Under the pieces are notes generated by a model that saw only the letters and a list, made by a program, of their open reading frames with translations, did not search any database and was not told the DNA's origin. Both the position numbers and the translations under genes were made by a program. A stretch of DNA of 64,000 bases from positions 256,001-320,000 of the forward strand of contig JBFMHR010000003.1 in assembly GCA_040751795.1 (NCBI GenBank). Reading direction: 5' to 3'. Origin of the DNA: Thermoplasmatota archaeon (GTDB lineage: Archaea; Thermoplasmatota; Thermoplasmata; UBA10834). Positions 38,974-48,217 of this stretch are shown piece by piece. Numbering within the stretch: the first letter of the stretch is position 1; every line of letters begins with the position of its first letter.

Positions 38974-39624
38974 CTACAGCCCGAGCGCGGACACGAGCTC
39001 GTCCAACCCCCTGCCGCGCCTCGTGTCCATCATTATGACCTTGGCCCCGGGGTTGATCCTCCTCGCGTCCCTCTCGAGTATCCTCGGATCGACGCCCATC
39101 GCCTCCGCGAGGTCGACCTTGTTGATGACTATGATGTCCGAGAACGCGAATATCGGCGGGTGCTTCCTGACCATGTCGTCGCCCTCCGTGACGCTGATGA
39201 CCACGACGCGCACGTGCGAGCCGACGGGGAAGTCGACGGGGCAGACCAGGTTGCCCACGTTCTCAATGAAGAGGTAGTCCAGCTCCTCCAGGGGGAGGTC
39301 CTCGAGAGCGTGGTCCACCAGGTGGGCGTCGAGGTGGCACTCCTTCCCCGTGTTGATGTTCGCGGCGGGTATGCCGTGCGATACGAACCTCTGGTAGTCG
39401 TCGTCGCCCGAGACGTCCCCCGCGATGGCCGCCGCCCTCTTGCCCTTGGACCTCAGGTGGTCCACGAGCTTCTCGATGATCAGGGTCTTGCCGGAACCGA
39501 TGGCCCCTAGGAAGTCGAACGCCCTGATGCCGTGCTCGTCGAGGAGGGCCCGGTTGTGGTCGGCGATGTGCCGGTTCTCGGAGAGGATGTCCTTCTCCAT
39601 CTCGACCGTGACGACCTTGTGCAT
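38974..39624 (-). CDS. hypB: Nickel incorporation GTPase HypB
   Basis: GAIGSGKT, TGKECHLDAH, ENVGNLVCP, INKVD. Confidence 0.95.
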   Translation of the reverse strand: MHKVVTVEMEKDILSENRHIADHNRALLDEHGIRAFDFLGAIGSGKTLIIEKLVDHLRSKGKRAAAIAGDVSGDDDYQRFVSHGIPAANINTGKECHLDAHLVDHALEDLPLEELDYLFIENVGNLVCPVDFPVGSHVRVVVISVTEGDDMVRKHPPIFAFSDIIVINKVDLAEAMGVDPRILERDARRINPGAKVIMMDTRRGRGLDELVSALGL

Positions 39625-39712
39625 GCCCGTGAATCCGGCCTGGCCCATTAATATTTTGGCCCGGCGGGCCCGTGCGCCGTCGCGACGCGTGAGTTAAAAG
39701 GATGGGAGGGGG

Positions 39713-41128
39713 CTACTTGCCCCTCTCCTTCTTCTCCTCAACTGGTTTCTCCTCTTCCTCGACGGCCCTGGTGACCTTGGCCTTCAGCTCCTTGTTCTCG
39801 TCGAGGACGCCTGTGAGGACGCCCATGATGTCCTTGAAGCCGAGGTCGTTCGGCCTCGCGAGCCTGTTCAGGACGGACATGGCGGAGCTGTCGCTTGCGA
39901 CGCTCATGCTCTCGATCATCTGCCCGAGGTCGAAGCCCGCCCTCGCGCTGCTGCCGCCCGCGAACACCTTGAGGTCCGCGCTGCTGAGCGCCTTGGCGGT
40001 CTCTATGCCGATCTCCTTCTGCATGTCGACCAGCTTCTCGGCCACGAGGGCCCTGATGGCCTCGGGGCCGAACCTGTTGAGGGCGTCCTGGAGCTTCATC
40101 TTGGCCTCGGCATCGGCGAGACCCCTCTCCCTGATGGGGGACGCCTCACCCTTCGCCTTCTCGGTCAGGTAGATCCTGTCGCCCTCACCGTCGAGCCTCT
40201 TCTGCTCCTTGTTGATCTCCTCGACCTCCTTGTTCTGGTTGGCGACGACGAGGGCCTTCTGCTTCATGATCTCGGCCATCTTGACCTCTTCGACCCTGAC
40301 GACCTCGTACTGCTCGGCGACGGCGACCTTCTGCTGCTCGGCGACGGCCTTGTCCTTCTCCTGCTCCCTCTTGGCCACCTCCTCGTCCCTGCGGATCTCC
40401 CGCTTCTTGGCCTCCTCGTCCGTCTCCGCCTCCTTGAGCCTGGCGATCTTCCTCTGCTCGGCGTTCTTCTGGCGCGCCTCGCTGTTGATCTGCTCCTCGA
40501 TGATGGAGGAGATGTCCTTGATCACGTGCGGGGGCTCCTCCTCGCCGTACTCGGCCTTGGTCGGGTCCTTGAAGTCCACCAGCTCGATGTCCTTGAGGTC
40601 TATGCCCCAGTGCTGGATGGCCTCCCTCAGGGAGGGGGTCACCGTCTCGATGATGTCCTCCCTGTTGTTGATGATCTCCCTGATTGTCTTCTTGGTGCAC
40701 GCGTCCCTGGTGGTCGCCATCACAATCTGCGCCACCTGCTGCTCGAGCTCGTGGATGTTGCCCCCGAACCTCTGGGCGGCCTTCACCGGCTCCGTCACAG
40801 CGACGTACGTGATGATGTTGCAGAGGAACCTCGCCCTGTCGATGTCGAACGACATGAAGTTCGCGACATCGATGGTGATCATCCTGAGCGGGACCCTGTG
40901 GACCGTCATGCCCAGCCCGAACAGGAAGAACCAGCTCGGGATCTTGAAGTACGCAGCCTTGCCCACAGTGTTGTACTCCTTGTGCGGCGAGAGCACGCGC
41001 ATCTTGCCCTTCTGGATCACGACGTCGACGTAGTCCGCGGGGACGATGGTGTACATCGCCGCGAAGATCGCGAACAGCAGCAGGATGCTGAAGAGGATGA
41101 TCAGTATGAGCATCCAGGTCTCGATCAT
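39713..41128 (-). CDS. SPFH/flotillin-like membrane protein
   Basis: N-terminal TM; band-7-like region; long A/E/K-rich coiled coil (KAKGEA..LADAEA). Confidence 0.8.
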   Translation of the reverse strand: MIETWMLILIILFSILLLFAIFAAMYTIVPADYVDVVIQKGKMRVLSPHKEYNTVGKAAYFKIPSWFFLFGLGMTVHRVPLRMITIDVANFMSFDIDRARFLCNIITYVAVTEPVKAAQRFGGNIHELEQQVAQIVMATTRDACTKKTIREIINNREDIIETVTPSLREAIQHWGIDLKDIELVDFKDPTKAEYGEEEPPHVIKDISSIIEEQINSEARQKNAEQRKIARLKEAETDEEAKKREIRRDEEVAKREQEKDKAVAEQQKVAVAEQYEVVRVEEVKMAEIMKQKALVVANQNKEVEEINKEQKRLDGEGDRIYLTEKAKGEASPIRERGLADAEAKMKLQDALNRFGPEAIRALVAEKLVDMQKEIGIETAKALSSADLKVFAGGSSARAGFDLGQMIESMSVASDSSAMSVLNRLARPNDLGFKDIMGVLTGVLDENKELKAKVTRAVEEEEKPVEEKKERGK

Positions 41129-41376
41129 GCGCTCACCTTCTTCATCGCGGTCAGGACGAGCGTCCCGTCGTACAGCCGCCCCGCGATCATCCGGTGCGGC
41201 AGTAGGGTGACGATGTCCTCCTTCTCGACGTAGATGTCCTTGCCGTCGTTCAGGTCCCTGTACGCGCTCTCCAAGTCCTCGATCGTGCGGAAGATGATCC
41301 TGTCCCCCTTGGCCTTGTCGCCAAGGATGAGCTCCTCTACGGAGTAGATCTTCTTCCCCTCCGGGCTCTGTCTCAT
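41125..41376 (-). CDS. Small hypothetical protein coupled to the flotillin gene
   Basis: ATGA overlap; host-like codon usage. Confidence 0.7.
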   Translation of the reverse strand: MRQSPEGKKIYSVEELILGDKAKGDRIIFRTIEDLESAYRDLNDGKDIYVEKEDIVTLLPHRMIAGRLYDGTLVLTAMKKVSA

Positions 41377-41519
41377 GGTACCAATTCCCCCAGCTTCATT
41401 TCCTGGCGCGGCGCCTAGCTGCCGCGCCTTCTGGCCTCAAGAACGTCGTCGACCTTTATTAACACAGAGGGTGGGAATCCGTGCATCGGCTGCGCCGGAG
41501 CTGGCACATCAGCGCCCCC

Positions 41520-41912
41520 TCATATCCTGGAGCCGATGAGGAAGAGCTGGGGCAGGGATCCGACGAGGGCTGTCAGGAAGATCAGGGCAATGGCGAGGAC
41601 GAAGTGCATCGTCACGATGGAGACGATGATCGAGATTGCGAGGACAACCAGGGACACGACCCAGACCGCCGTGAACTTGACCGCCTTCCGCCCGGGCGAG
41701 CCGCCGATCCAGGGGAAGTCGTTCAGGAAGTCGTCCCTGCCCTCCGCGCGCTGCATCTTGCGGATCATGTGCTCGCTGGGCGGCCTGGAGAGGAGCCACG
41801 CTCCGCACCTGGGGCAGTTCGTCCCCCGTTGGTTGAAGCCAATCCGCTTCTCGCACTTGGGGCACCGCAAGTCCTCAGCTCCGTCGTCGTATGATAGCAG
41901 GTGGCGCCTCAT
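41520..41912 (-). CDS. Zn-ribbon plus two-TM membrane protein
   Basis: CPKC...CPRC followed by two hydrophobic helices. Confidence 0.6.
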   Translation of the reverse strand: MRRHLLSYDDGAEDLRCPKCEKRIGFNQRGTNCPRCGAWLLSRPPSEHMIRKMQRAEGRDDFLNDFPWIGGSPGRKAVKFTAVWVVSLVVLAISIIVSIVTMHFVLAIALIFLTALVGSLPQLFLIGSRI

Positions 41913-41938
41913 GAACCCTTCTGACCGGTCATGGCCCG

Positions 41939-42244
41939 TCAGATCCATCTGTCGGAAGGGTAGGAGTCCTTGTGGAGGACCAGGGACACGAGGGCGAAGG
42001 CGATCACGAAGTTGAAGAACACCAGGAAGAAAGTGACGATGTACCCGCCCGACATGAAGGGGTTGTCGAACTCCTCTTCTGCCCACGGGACGACCCAGAT
42101 GAGGACCAGGGCGTCCGCGACCACGGTGGCCAGGGCCGCCACCGCGGCGATGGCCATCCGCCTTCCCCGCTCCTCATCGTCCGCGGCGAAGTCATCCTTC
42201 AGTTTCGGCTCCTCGGAGCTCATCATCCTCTGGGAGGTGAGCAT
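41939..42244 (-). CDS. Small two-TM hypothetical protein
   Basis: Two hydrophobic segments. Confidence 0.6.
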   Translation of the reverse strand: MLTSQRMMSSEEPKLKDDFAADDEERGRRMAIAAVAALATVVADALVLIWVVPWAEEEFDNPFMSGGYIVTFFLVFFNFVIAFALVSLVLHKDSYPSDRWI

Positions 42245-42352
42245 GCCTGCGCTACAACTATGTTGCGGGACTTGGCGCCCGCAGGGTTGATAACGGCGGA
42301 CCGGGATTCGGCGAGTCGCCAGGGTTTCCCGTGGCTGAGGGGCAGGACCGTC

Positions 42353-43291
42353 ATGAGTGTGAGGTTCAGGAAGTACGACCCCGCGCTAGATTTCCTCGGG
42401 GTCCGGAAGATGCTGGTGGAAACGTTCGACGCATTCGACAGGCCCCTGAACTGGCGGATCGAGAGATGGAACTACGCCAGGCACTTCGAGGCCCCATACC
42501 TCTGCCGGGACGAGGAGATCACTCCGGAGAAGAGCCGCGACGCCATCCGGTTCTGGGAAGCCTCCGTGGGGATATGGGAGGACGAGGAGGACGGGGTCGT
42601 CGGGGCGGTCCACACTGAGCATCCCGCGCTCGGGGACGCGTTCATCCAGAGGCACCCTAGGCATCTGGACCTACTCGGGGACATGCTGGACTACGCGGAG
42701 TCGCACCTGGCAGACAGGGGGAGGGGAGTGCTCAGGACATTCGTCTACGAGCACGACAGGGACATGCTGTCCCTGGTGGAGGCCCGCGGCTACAGGAAGA
42801 TCGAGGAGGACTGGGACTACGACCAGGAGATCTCCGTGAGGGACCTGCCCCTTCCGGACCTGCCGAGCGGGTATTCGATAGTCTCGATGGCCGAGATGGA
42901 CGACCTCGAGGCGAGGGGGCGGGCGTTCGGCCTGGGCTTCGACCATCCAGAGCCGATCCACTGGGCGCCCGTCCACGTCTACGAGGAGCTCCAGCGCGCT
43001 CCCGACTACAGGAGGGGCCTCGACCTGTGCGCGGTCGCACCTGACGGAGAGATCGCCTCGTTCTGCATTGTGTGGTACGACACCCGCAACAGGATAGGAG
43101 TCCTCGAACCGGTCGGGACGGTCCCGCGGCACAGGAAGATGGGGCTGGCGAAGGCGGTGATATCCGAGGGGGCGAGGCGGATCGCGGCCATGGGCGCCGA
43201 GAGGTTGATAGTTGGCGGAGGTCAGGAGTACTATGGGAAGATGGGATTCCGGAAGACCCACACCTGCTTCGGATGGACGAAGACCATCTGA
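42353..43291 (+). CDS. GNAT-family N-acetyltransferase
   Basis: LEPVGTVPRHRKMGLAKA acetyl-CoA motif; YYGKMGF. Confidence 0.85.
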   Translation: MSVRFRKYDPALDFLGVRKMLVETFDAFDRPLNWRIERWNYARHFEAPYLCRDEEITPEKSRDAIRFWEASVGIWEDEEDGVVGAVHTEHPALGDAFIQRHPRHLDLLGDMLDYAESHLADRGRGVLRTFVYEHDRDMLSLVEARGYRKIEEDWDYDQEISVRDLPLPDLPSGYSIVSMAEMDDLEARGRAFGLGFDHPEPIHWAPVHVYEELQRAPDYRRGLDLCAVAPDGEIASFCIVWYDTRNRIGVLEPVGTVPRHRKMGLAKAVISEGARRIAAMGAERLIVGGGQEYYGKMGFRKTHTCFGWTKTI

Positions 43292-43651
43292 TCATACCGT
43301 CGCGACCGCCATCCGCCTCGGAATGCTGCCTGGTCCGGGGAACTCTGCAGCTGGTCGGGCGAGATGTGCCTATGAATGGGGCAGAGGGATTCAAGCTCCT
43401 GCAGAGCCAATGTGTCCGGAGCCTGAGGAAATCAAGCGGGACTTCGTACGGGGACGACCCGTTTGAGTCCTCCGCTACCCCCCCTCATCGCCATCAACGA
43501 GATCGATCTGCGCCTGAAGGTTGATCGCCTCAGGCCGGCACGGCAAGCCCCCTTAGATGGACAGCCGCCCAGCAGTAGGCATGTGTCCGACAACTTTAAA
43601 GTTCACATACATAATGGGATATATCCGATAATTATTCATATTAGTGGCACA

Positions 43652-44281
43652 ATGAGATATATTGTGACATTCCGACTGAACGGACACGGACTCCCGCGTT
43701 ACATTCGAGAGGGGGACAAGGTCGAGCGCATCTATCGGGTACTGCTGAGCAGACGCGGGGCGGGCCAGACGTGGTATCGTATCGCCAAGGCAGCTGATGT
43801 GAGCTACGGCTGGGCCCATCACATCTTGCAGAACTTGGAGCGCGACGGCCTGATTGATGGGTCAAGGGTAATCGAGCCCCGATCACTGTTCTTGAAGTGG
43901 GCGCGGAGAAGGGATCGCAGGCTATTTCGAGAATACAACATCCAGGAGCCAGATGAACTCATCTCCGAATCGAAACTCGACCACGCATTCACTGGCTACT
44001 TCGCCGAGAACCACCTGGGTCGGTACCTGTTCCCGCGTTTGCGGGAATTCTACGTCAAGGCGGATGACAGAATGAAGTGGCATCAGCTCCTCACGAGGCA
44101 TGGATATGTAGGCAGGGGGAACACGCTGGTTCTCCTGGCCGACGACCATGTGTTCTTCGAAAGACAGAATGTCGACGGCTACCCTCTTGTGTCTACACAG
44201 CAGCTGATTGCCGACCTTTACCGCACTGGGGCTGAGTGCGCAGAGGCAGCTGACATCTTGGTCTCGAAGGTCTACCCATGA
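43652..44281 (+). CDS. HTH-containing AbiEi-like antitoxin/regulator
   Basis: RIAKAADVSYGWAHHILQNL HTH; AFTG..A; PLVSTQQLIADL; coupled to an NTase gene. Confidence 0.65.
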   Translation: MRYIVTFRLNGHGLPRYIREGDKVERIYRVLLSRRGAGQTWYRIAKAADVSYGWAHHILQNLERDGLIDGSRVIEPRSLFLKWARRRDRRLFREYNIQEPDELISESKLDHAFTGYFAENHLGRYLFPRLREFYVKADDRMKWHQLLTRHGYVGRGNTLVLLADDHVFFERQNVDGYPLVSTQQLIADLYRTGAECAEAADILVSKVYP

Positions 44282-45078
44282 CCGTACCGCTCTATGATCC
44301 GCAGGAAACCGATGCGGCATTGACAGCCCTTGGGGAACTCTCGAGGTCGTTGCCAGAACCATTCCTCCTCATGGGTGGATGGGCCGTCTACCTCACCGTC
44401 AATGAGTCCTTCAGCAGAGCACACGGATCGCCGTATCTCGGTTCCCGGGACATCGACGTATGCTTTCACGTCGAACCCGATCAGACCGTGGAGGCTCTGC
44501 GTACCAGCACGTTCGCCAAGGCCTTGAGCATCGTCAGAGAGGCTGGCTATACACCCCACGGCTCCTTCCGATTCTGCAAGGTGATCCGCAGAGTCGACGG
44601 AATGGTTCTGACCGAGGAGGCAGCGAAGAGGCATCCGCTCCACGAGACCTCCTACCTTTACGTCGATATGATGGTGGACAACGTACATCCGCAACACAAG
44701 CACATCTTCAGATGCGACCCGCTCGATGAACCCCTGGCGGCTCGTGTGTTCGAAAGCGGTGAGGTTGTCCGGCGATCATTGGGGGACTTCAGAGTCCACA
44801 CTCCTGCTCCGGCGTCCCTGCTCGCCACAAAACTGAGGTCTATTCCCAAGCGACAACTGGATGACAAGCTCTGGAAGGATGCATGCGATATCTACTCTCT
44901 CATATGGCATTCATCGGAGGACTATTCGTCAATACTCGCGAAGGTGAGGAAGGAGTATCCCGATGGTTGCTCGGCGGCGCGTGGGGCGATGACGGATGAG
45001 GTCGTGGCTCGGGCCGCCCATCATATCGGAATCGGGGACGATGAGTTCGCGAGCGTTGTCGATCTCCTGGATGGATGA
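44278..45078 (+). CDS. Pol-beta-superfamily nucleotidyltransferase, AbiEii-like toxin
   Basis: LMGGWAV, SRDIDV, LLATKL, KDACDIY. Confidence 0.72.
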   Translation: MTVPLYDPQETDAALTALGELSRSLPEPFLLMGGWAVYLTVNESFSRAHGSPYLGSRDIDVCFHVEPDQTVEALRTSTFAKALSIVREAGYTPHGSFRFCKVIRRVDGMVLTEEAAKRHPLHETSYLYVDMMVDNVHPQHKHIFRCDPLDEPLAARVFESGEVVRRSLGDFRVHTPAPASLLATKLRSIPKRQLDDKLWKDACDIYSLIWHSSEDYSSILAKVRKEYPDGCSAARGAMTDEVVARAAHHIGIGDDEFASVVDLLDG

Positions 45079-45226
45079 CGCGACGCTTTCCGCAGACATC
45101 CTCCAGACTCCGCCTGGGCAGCATGCCCGAAGCCGGAGGATTTCAGACGACGCCATGCCCGGCACCCCCGGTGCAAAAAACCCCTTGATTTCTCGGACCG
45201 ATGACTATACTGGCTATGCCTAGGAG

Positions 45227-45401
45227 TGGGGGCAGAGGGATTTGAACCCCCATCGACGGGTTTCCTCCACGCGGAGAGCGACTCCGCGCGTTCTACGGAC
45301 TATGGGTCATCGCTCCAGTTACTCATCACTGGTCAGCAAACCCAACGGAAATCATTCCCATAACTGGAGCCCGTAAGGATACCAGGTTACCCCATACCCC
45401 C
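45227..45401 (-). tRNA. tRNA-Trp(CCA) with ~102-nt intron (45262-45363)
   Basis: Acceptor GGGGGTA/TGCCCCC; anticodon stem ACGGG/CCCGT; CT-CCA-G; T-loop TTCAAAT. Confidence 0.92.
45301..45362 (-). ncRNA. Intron-encoded box C/D guide RNA for Cm34/Cm39 of tRNA-Trp
   Basis: Terminal stem TATGGG/CCCATA; C-like AATGAT, D' CTGA, C' GTGATGA, D ATGA; guides GGGTTT and TAACTGGAGC complementary to the pre-tRNA. Confidence 0.85.
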
Positions 45402-45425
45402 AGAGTGGTTTGGACGCCGGGGAGC

Positions 45426-45533
45426 CTACTTCTTCCTCAGCTTCTGAGCTCTCTTCCGTCTCCTCATCTTCTTCTTGCGCCACTTCCATCGCTGCTTGCC
45501 GCGCTTCTTCCAGGCACGTGAGCTCCTCTTCAT
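45426..45533 (-). CDS. rpl41e: Ribosomal protein eL41 (L41e/eS32)
   Basis: MKRSSRAWKKRGKQRWKWRKKKMRRRKRAQKLRKK, 35 aa; GAGGGAG RBS and TATAAAA upstream; below the ORF-track cutoff. Confidence 0.85.
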   Translation of the reverse strand: MKRSSRAWKKRGKQRWKWRKKKMRRRKRAQKLRKK

Positions 45534-45601
45534 CGGTCAGACTCCCTCGCGTCTTTTGGGCGTACAACGCCCCCCTTTTATATGTCTTTTGGAGGCCAAG
45601 G

Positions 45602-45725
45602 CGGGCCGGTCGGGACTTTCGGGCGCTTCGGGCGCCTTTCGAACCCGAGACCACTGGCTTGCCTCACCGCCCCTTAAGGGGCGGATTAGAAGGCCAGTGC
45701 TATATCCTGACTAAGCCACCGGCCC
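45602..45725 (-). tRNA. tRNA-Arg(UCU) with two introns (37/38: 45660-45686; 59/60: 45616-45637)
   Basis: Acceptor GGGCCGG/CCGGCCC; anticodon stem CTGGC/GCCAG; T-stem TCGGG/CCCGA; both inserts form BHB motifs; TTTAATA upstream. Confidence 0.9.
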
Positions 45726-45860
45726 ACGCCTGGCCTCGGTGTAGAAGAGCCGCCGCCGTATTAAAGCTTGGTTGCAGGCCCGGCGCCCAAGGCGATAGTG
45801 CTCTAGCTCCCTGGCTCCGGGGTTACATTAAAAGCGATGCACAGCCCTCAAGGTGGTCGG

Positions 45861-46643
45861 ATGGCCGCGATAGAGATATTCGAACTCAAGAAGACCGACC
45901 TCCGCAACGCCGTGGTAATAGACGGCTTCCCGAGCGTGGGCCTGGTCAGTTCCATAGTGGCGAACTACCTGATAGCGCTCCTGAAGATGGAGTACGTCGC
46001 GGTCATGGACTCCGACCTGTTCCCGACGGTGTCCCTCATCAGGGACTCGGAACCGCTCGGGCCCGCGCGCGTATACGCACGCCCCCGCCTCAAGGACGGG
46101 GAGCAGCAGGTCGTCGTCTTCTCGACCGAGATACAGCCCTCAGCGCAGCTCCTCAGGCCCCTGGGGACGGCGATCATAGACTTCGCCATCGCCCAGCGCT
46201 GCAGGCTCGTGATATCCGCGGGCGGCCTGATCGTGGAGAGGGGAGAGGACGAGGCCGGCCAGGAGGAGGAGATCGGCGAGGTCGCCGTCTACGGCACCGG
46301 CAGCACGGACGCGGCCCAGGAGCTCCTGAAGGAGGCCGACGCGGAGCCGTTCCTCGAGGGCGTGATCTCCGGCACCGCGGGGGTGCTGCTCAACGAGGGC
46401 AAGAGGAGGCAGGTCGACGTCATCACCCTCCTCGCGGAGGCAAGGCCCGACGTCGCAGACGCCAGGGCGGCCGCGCTGATACTCGCGGCCATTGACCAGA
46501 TGGTCCTCCACATGAACCTCAACGTCGAGCCGCTGTGCAAGGAGGCGGAGAGGCTAGAGGCGCAGCTGAAGGTGCTGCACAAGGACGCCGCGCGCCAGAG
46601 CAGGGGGCAGTCACCCAACAACAAGGTCGAGGGGTACTACTAG
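45861..46643 (+). CDS. Proteasome assembly chaperone (PAC2) family protein
   Basis: IDGFPSVGLVSSI, GVISGTAGVLL, DARAAA, C-terminal YY (HbYX-like). Confidence 0.88.
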   Translation: MAAIEIFELKKTDLRNAVVIDGFPSVGLVSSIVANYLIALLKMEYVAVMDSDLFPTVSLIRDSEPLGPARVYARPRLKDGEQQVVVFSTEIQPSAQLLRPLGTAIIDFAIAQRCRLVISAGGLIVERGEDEAGQEEEIGEVAVYGTGSTDAAQELLKEADAEPFLEGVISGTAGVLLNEGKRRQVDVITLLAEARPDVADARAAALILAAIDQMVLHMNLNVEPLCKEAERLEAQLKVLHKDAARQSRGQSPNNKVEGYY

Positions 46644-46881
46644 GCCCAATCAATTCGCTCAGGGTGCCGGACCGTGAACCAGAGCTGTCGGGGCAGGCCC
46701 GTGGATGTCATCCGCTCTCCGCTGGGCTGCATGCAGGAGCGCGGTTCCAGGCCCGTCTGGGTGCCGCCGCGTCACGTTTCATATAGCTGGGCGGAGTTCC
46801 GTTGACGTGCCCGAGTGACGCCGACCAGAGTATGCGGCCATCCTGCGGTTCGGCCGGGTGCGCCTCCATCTAGGTGAATCG

Positions 46882-48048
46882 ATGATCGAGTGGATCTACA
46901 ACGCGCTCATAGTGTTGTTCGTGATCGCGTGGGTCCTGGCGGTGAAGAGGCCCGGTGCGCTCCGGTTCCTCGCCCCTCTCGCATCCAGGAAGAAGGTCAC
47001 CCTCGCGATGGCGTGGACCCTCTTCCTCGCGTTGGCGCTCACCTTCGTCATCTCGTTCGATTACATGGAACAGAGCCACGACATCGATGATGCTGTAGAG
47101 GCAGCCGTCGAGAGCTACCTAGAAGGGACGAACCCCTACACAGACCCCGTGGTGCCGCGGTTCAAGGAGATGGGGCACTTCGTCCTCTTCGGCGGGCTCG
47201 GCGACGGCGAGATCGAGTGGGCCTACGGGCCCTACAACTACCTTCCTGTTGACTTGCTGTTCTACGCTGCGTCGTACGAGGCGATGGGGGGTCTGGGTTC
47301 CCCATACTGGTTCGTCCTGACGAACCTGCTGCTGTCGTCATTCGCCCTCGCGCTCCTCAACAGGCTCCTGAAGGTGGATTGGCTGTTGTACGCCCCCGCC
47401 GCGGGTTGCATCGTCCTCTTCCTCGCCTTTGACAATACCAGCCTCACGCTCCTCCTGATGGTCGCCGCGGTGGTCGCCAGGGAACAGCTGCGTGCGCACC
47501 GCGAGGTCGCATCCCTTGTCCTCCTGGGGGTCGCATCCCTGACGAAGGTGTTCGCAGGCATCCCGTTCGTGTGCTTCCTCCTGCGCGACATTCAATGTGC
47601 GCTGAAGGCGAGGGACTGGCGGTCGCTGGCCCAGACCGGTGCCGCCGCGGCGGCCTGCGGACTGCTGGCCTTCCTCGTCATATATCCTTTCGGGACTTCC
47701 GACGTCCTCGACTCGACCGTCTTCATATACTCCAGCGGCGAGGAACGCGAGGACAGGCCCATGGGGGGCACGCTGCTCAGCGAACTCCCCCTGGATAGCG
47801 ACTACTACTCCGTGATCAGCATCGCGTCCATCGTCGCCGCCCTTGCCGTCAGCCTCCGCTTCAAGAACCTCAACGACAGGGTCCTCATCGTCTCCATGGC
47901 CGTCCTGCTCGTGTCCGTGAAGAGCACGTTCGCCCCGTTCTCGGTGGTCGCGCTCTTCATCGTCCTGCGCGCCAGAGGGATCACCCTCGGCGGCAAGGGG
48001 GAGGTCGCTCCACCGGCCCCTGGAGAGGCCGTCAGGCCCCCGTCGTGA
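46882..48048 (+). CDS. Polytopic membrane protein, possible GT-C (GT87-like) glycosyltransferase
   Basis: Many TMs; DIDD, GTNPY and YNYLP loop motifs. Confidence 0.55.
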   Translation: MIEWIYNALIVLFVIAWVLAVKRPGALRFLAPLASRKKVTLAMAWTLFLALALTFVISFDYMEQSHDIDDAVEAAVESYLEGTNPYTDPVVPRFKEMGHFVLFGGLGDGEIEWAYGPYNYLPVDLLFYAASYEAMGGLGSPYWFVLTNLLLSSFALALLNRLLKVDWLLYAPAAGCIVLFLAFDNTSLTLLLMVAAVVAREQLRAHREVASLVLLGVASLTKVFAGIPFVCFLLRDIQCALKARDWRSLAQTGAAAAACGLLAFLVIYPFGTSDVLDSTVFIYSSGEEREDRPMGGTLLSELPLDSDYYSVISIASIVAALAVSLRFKNLNDRVLIVSMAVLLVSVKSTFAPFSVVALFIVLRARGITLGGKGEVAPPAPGEAVRPPS

Positions 48049-48217
48049 TGCCGACGGACGCCGTACCCTTACACGCGCCCGGCCGTAACCTGTTCGGGGC
48101 CCGAAGGTCGGCGCGGATGCCCATGCTGCCCACCCCGTTCTTCCTAAAGTAATATCTATTGTTTCAACCATCCGCAACAGAAGCGATGTTTAATCGCACG
48201 AACTTCGAGGTGTTCCG

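Larger units (their letters stand above)
43378..45242. mobile_element. Small tRNA-Trp-anchored integrated islet (no integrase seen)
   Basis: 14-bp direct repeat GGGGCAGAGGGATT at 43378-43391 and 45229-45242 (tRNA 3' end); visibly lower GC inside. Confidence 0.6.

Noticed and set aside
45352-45654. Acidic 100-aa ORF in the track
   Set aside because: Alternate frame of eL41 that overlaps two tRNA genes
45667-45684. Perfect palindrome CCGCCCCTTAAGGGGCGG as a terminator or operator
   Set aside because: It is the stem of the tRNA-Arg anticodon intron
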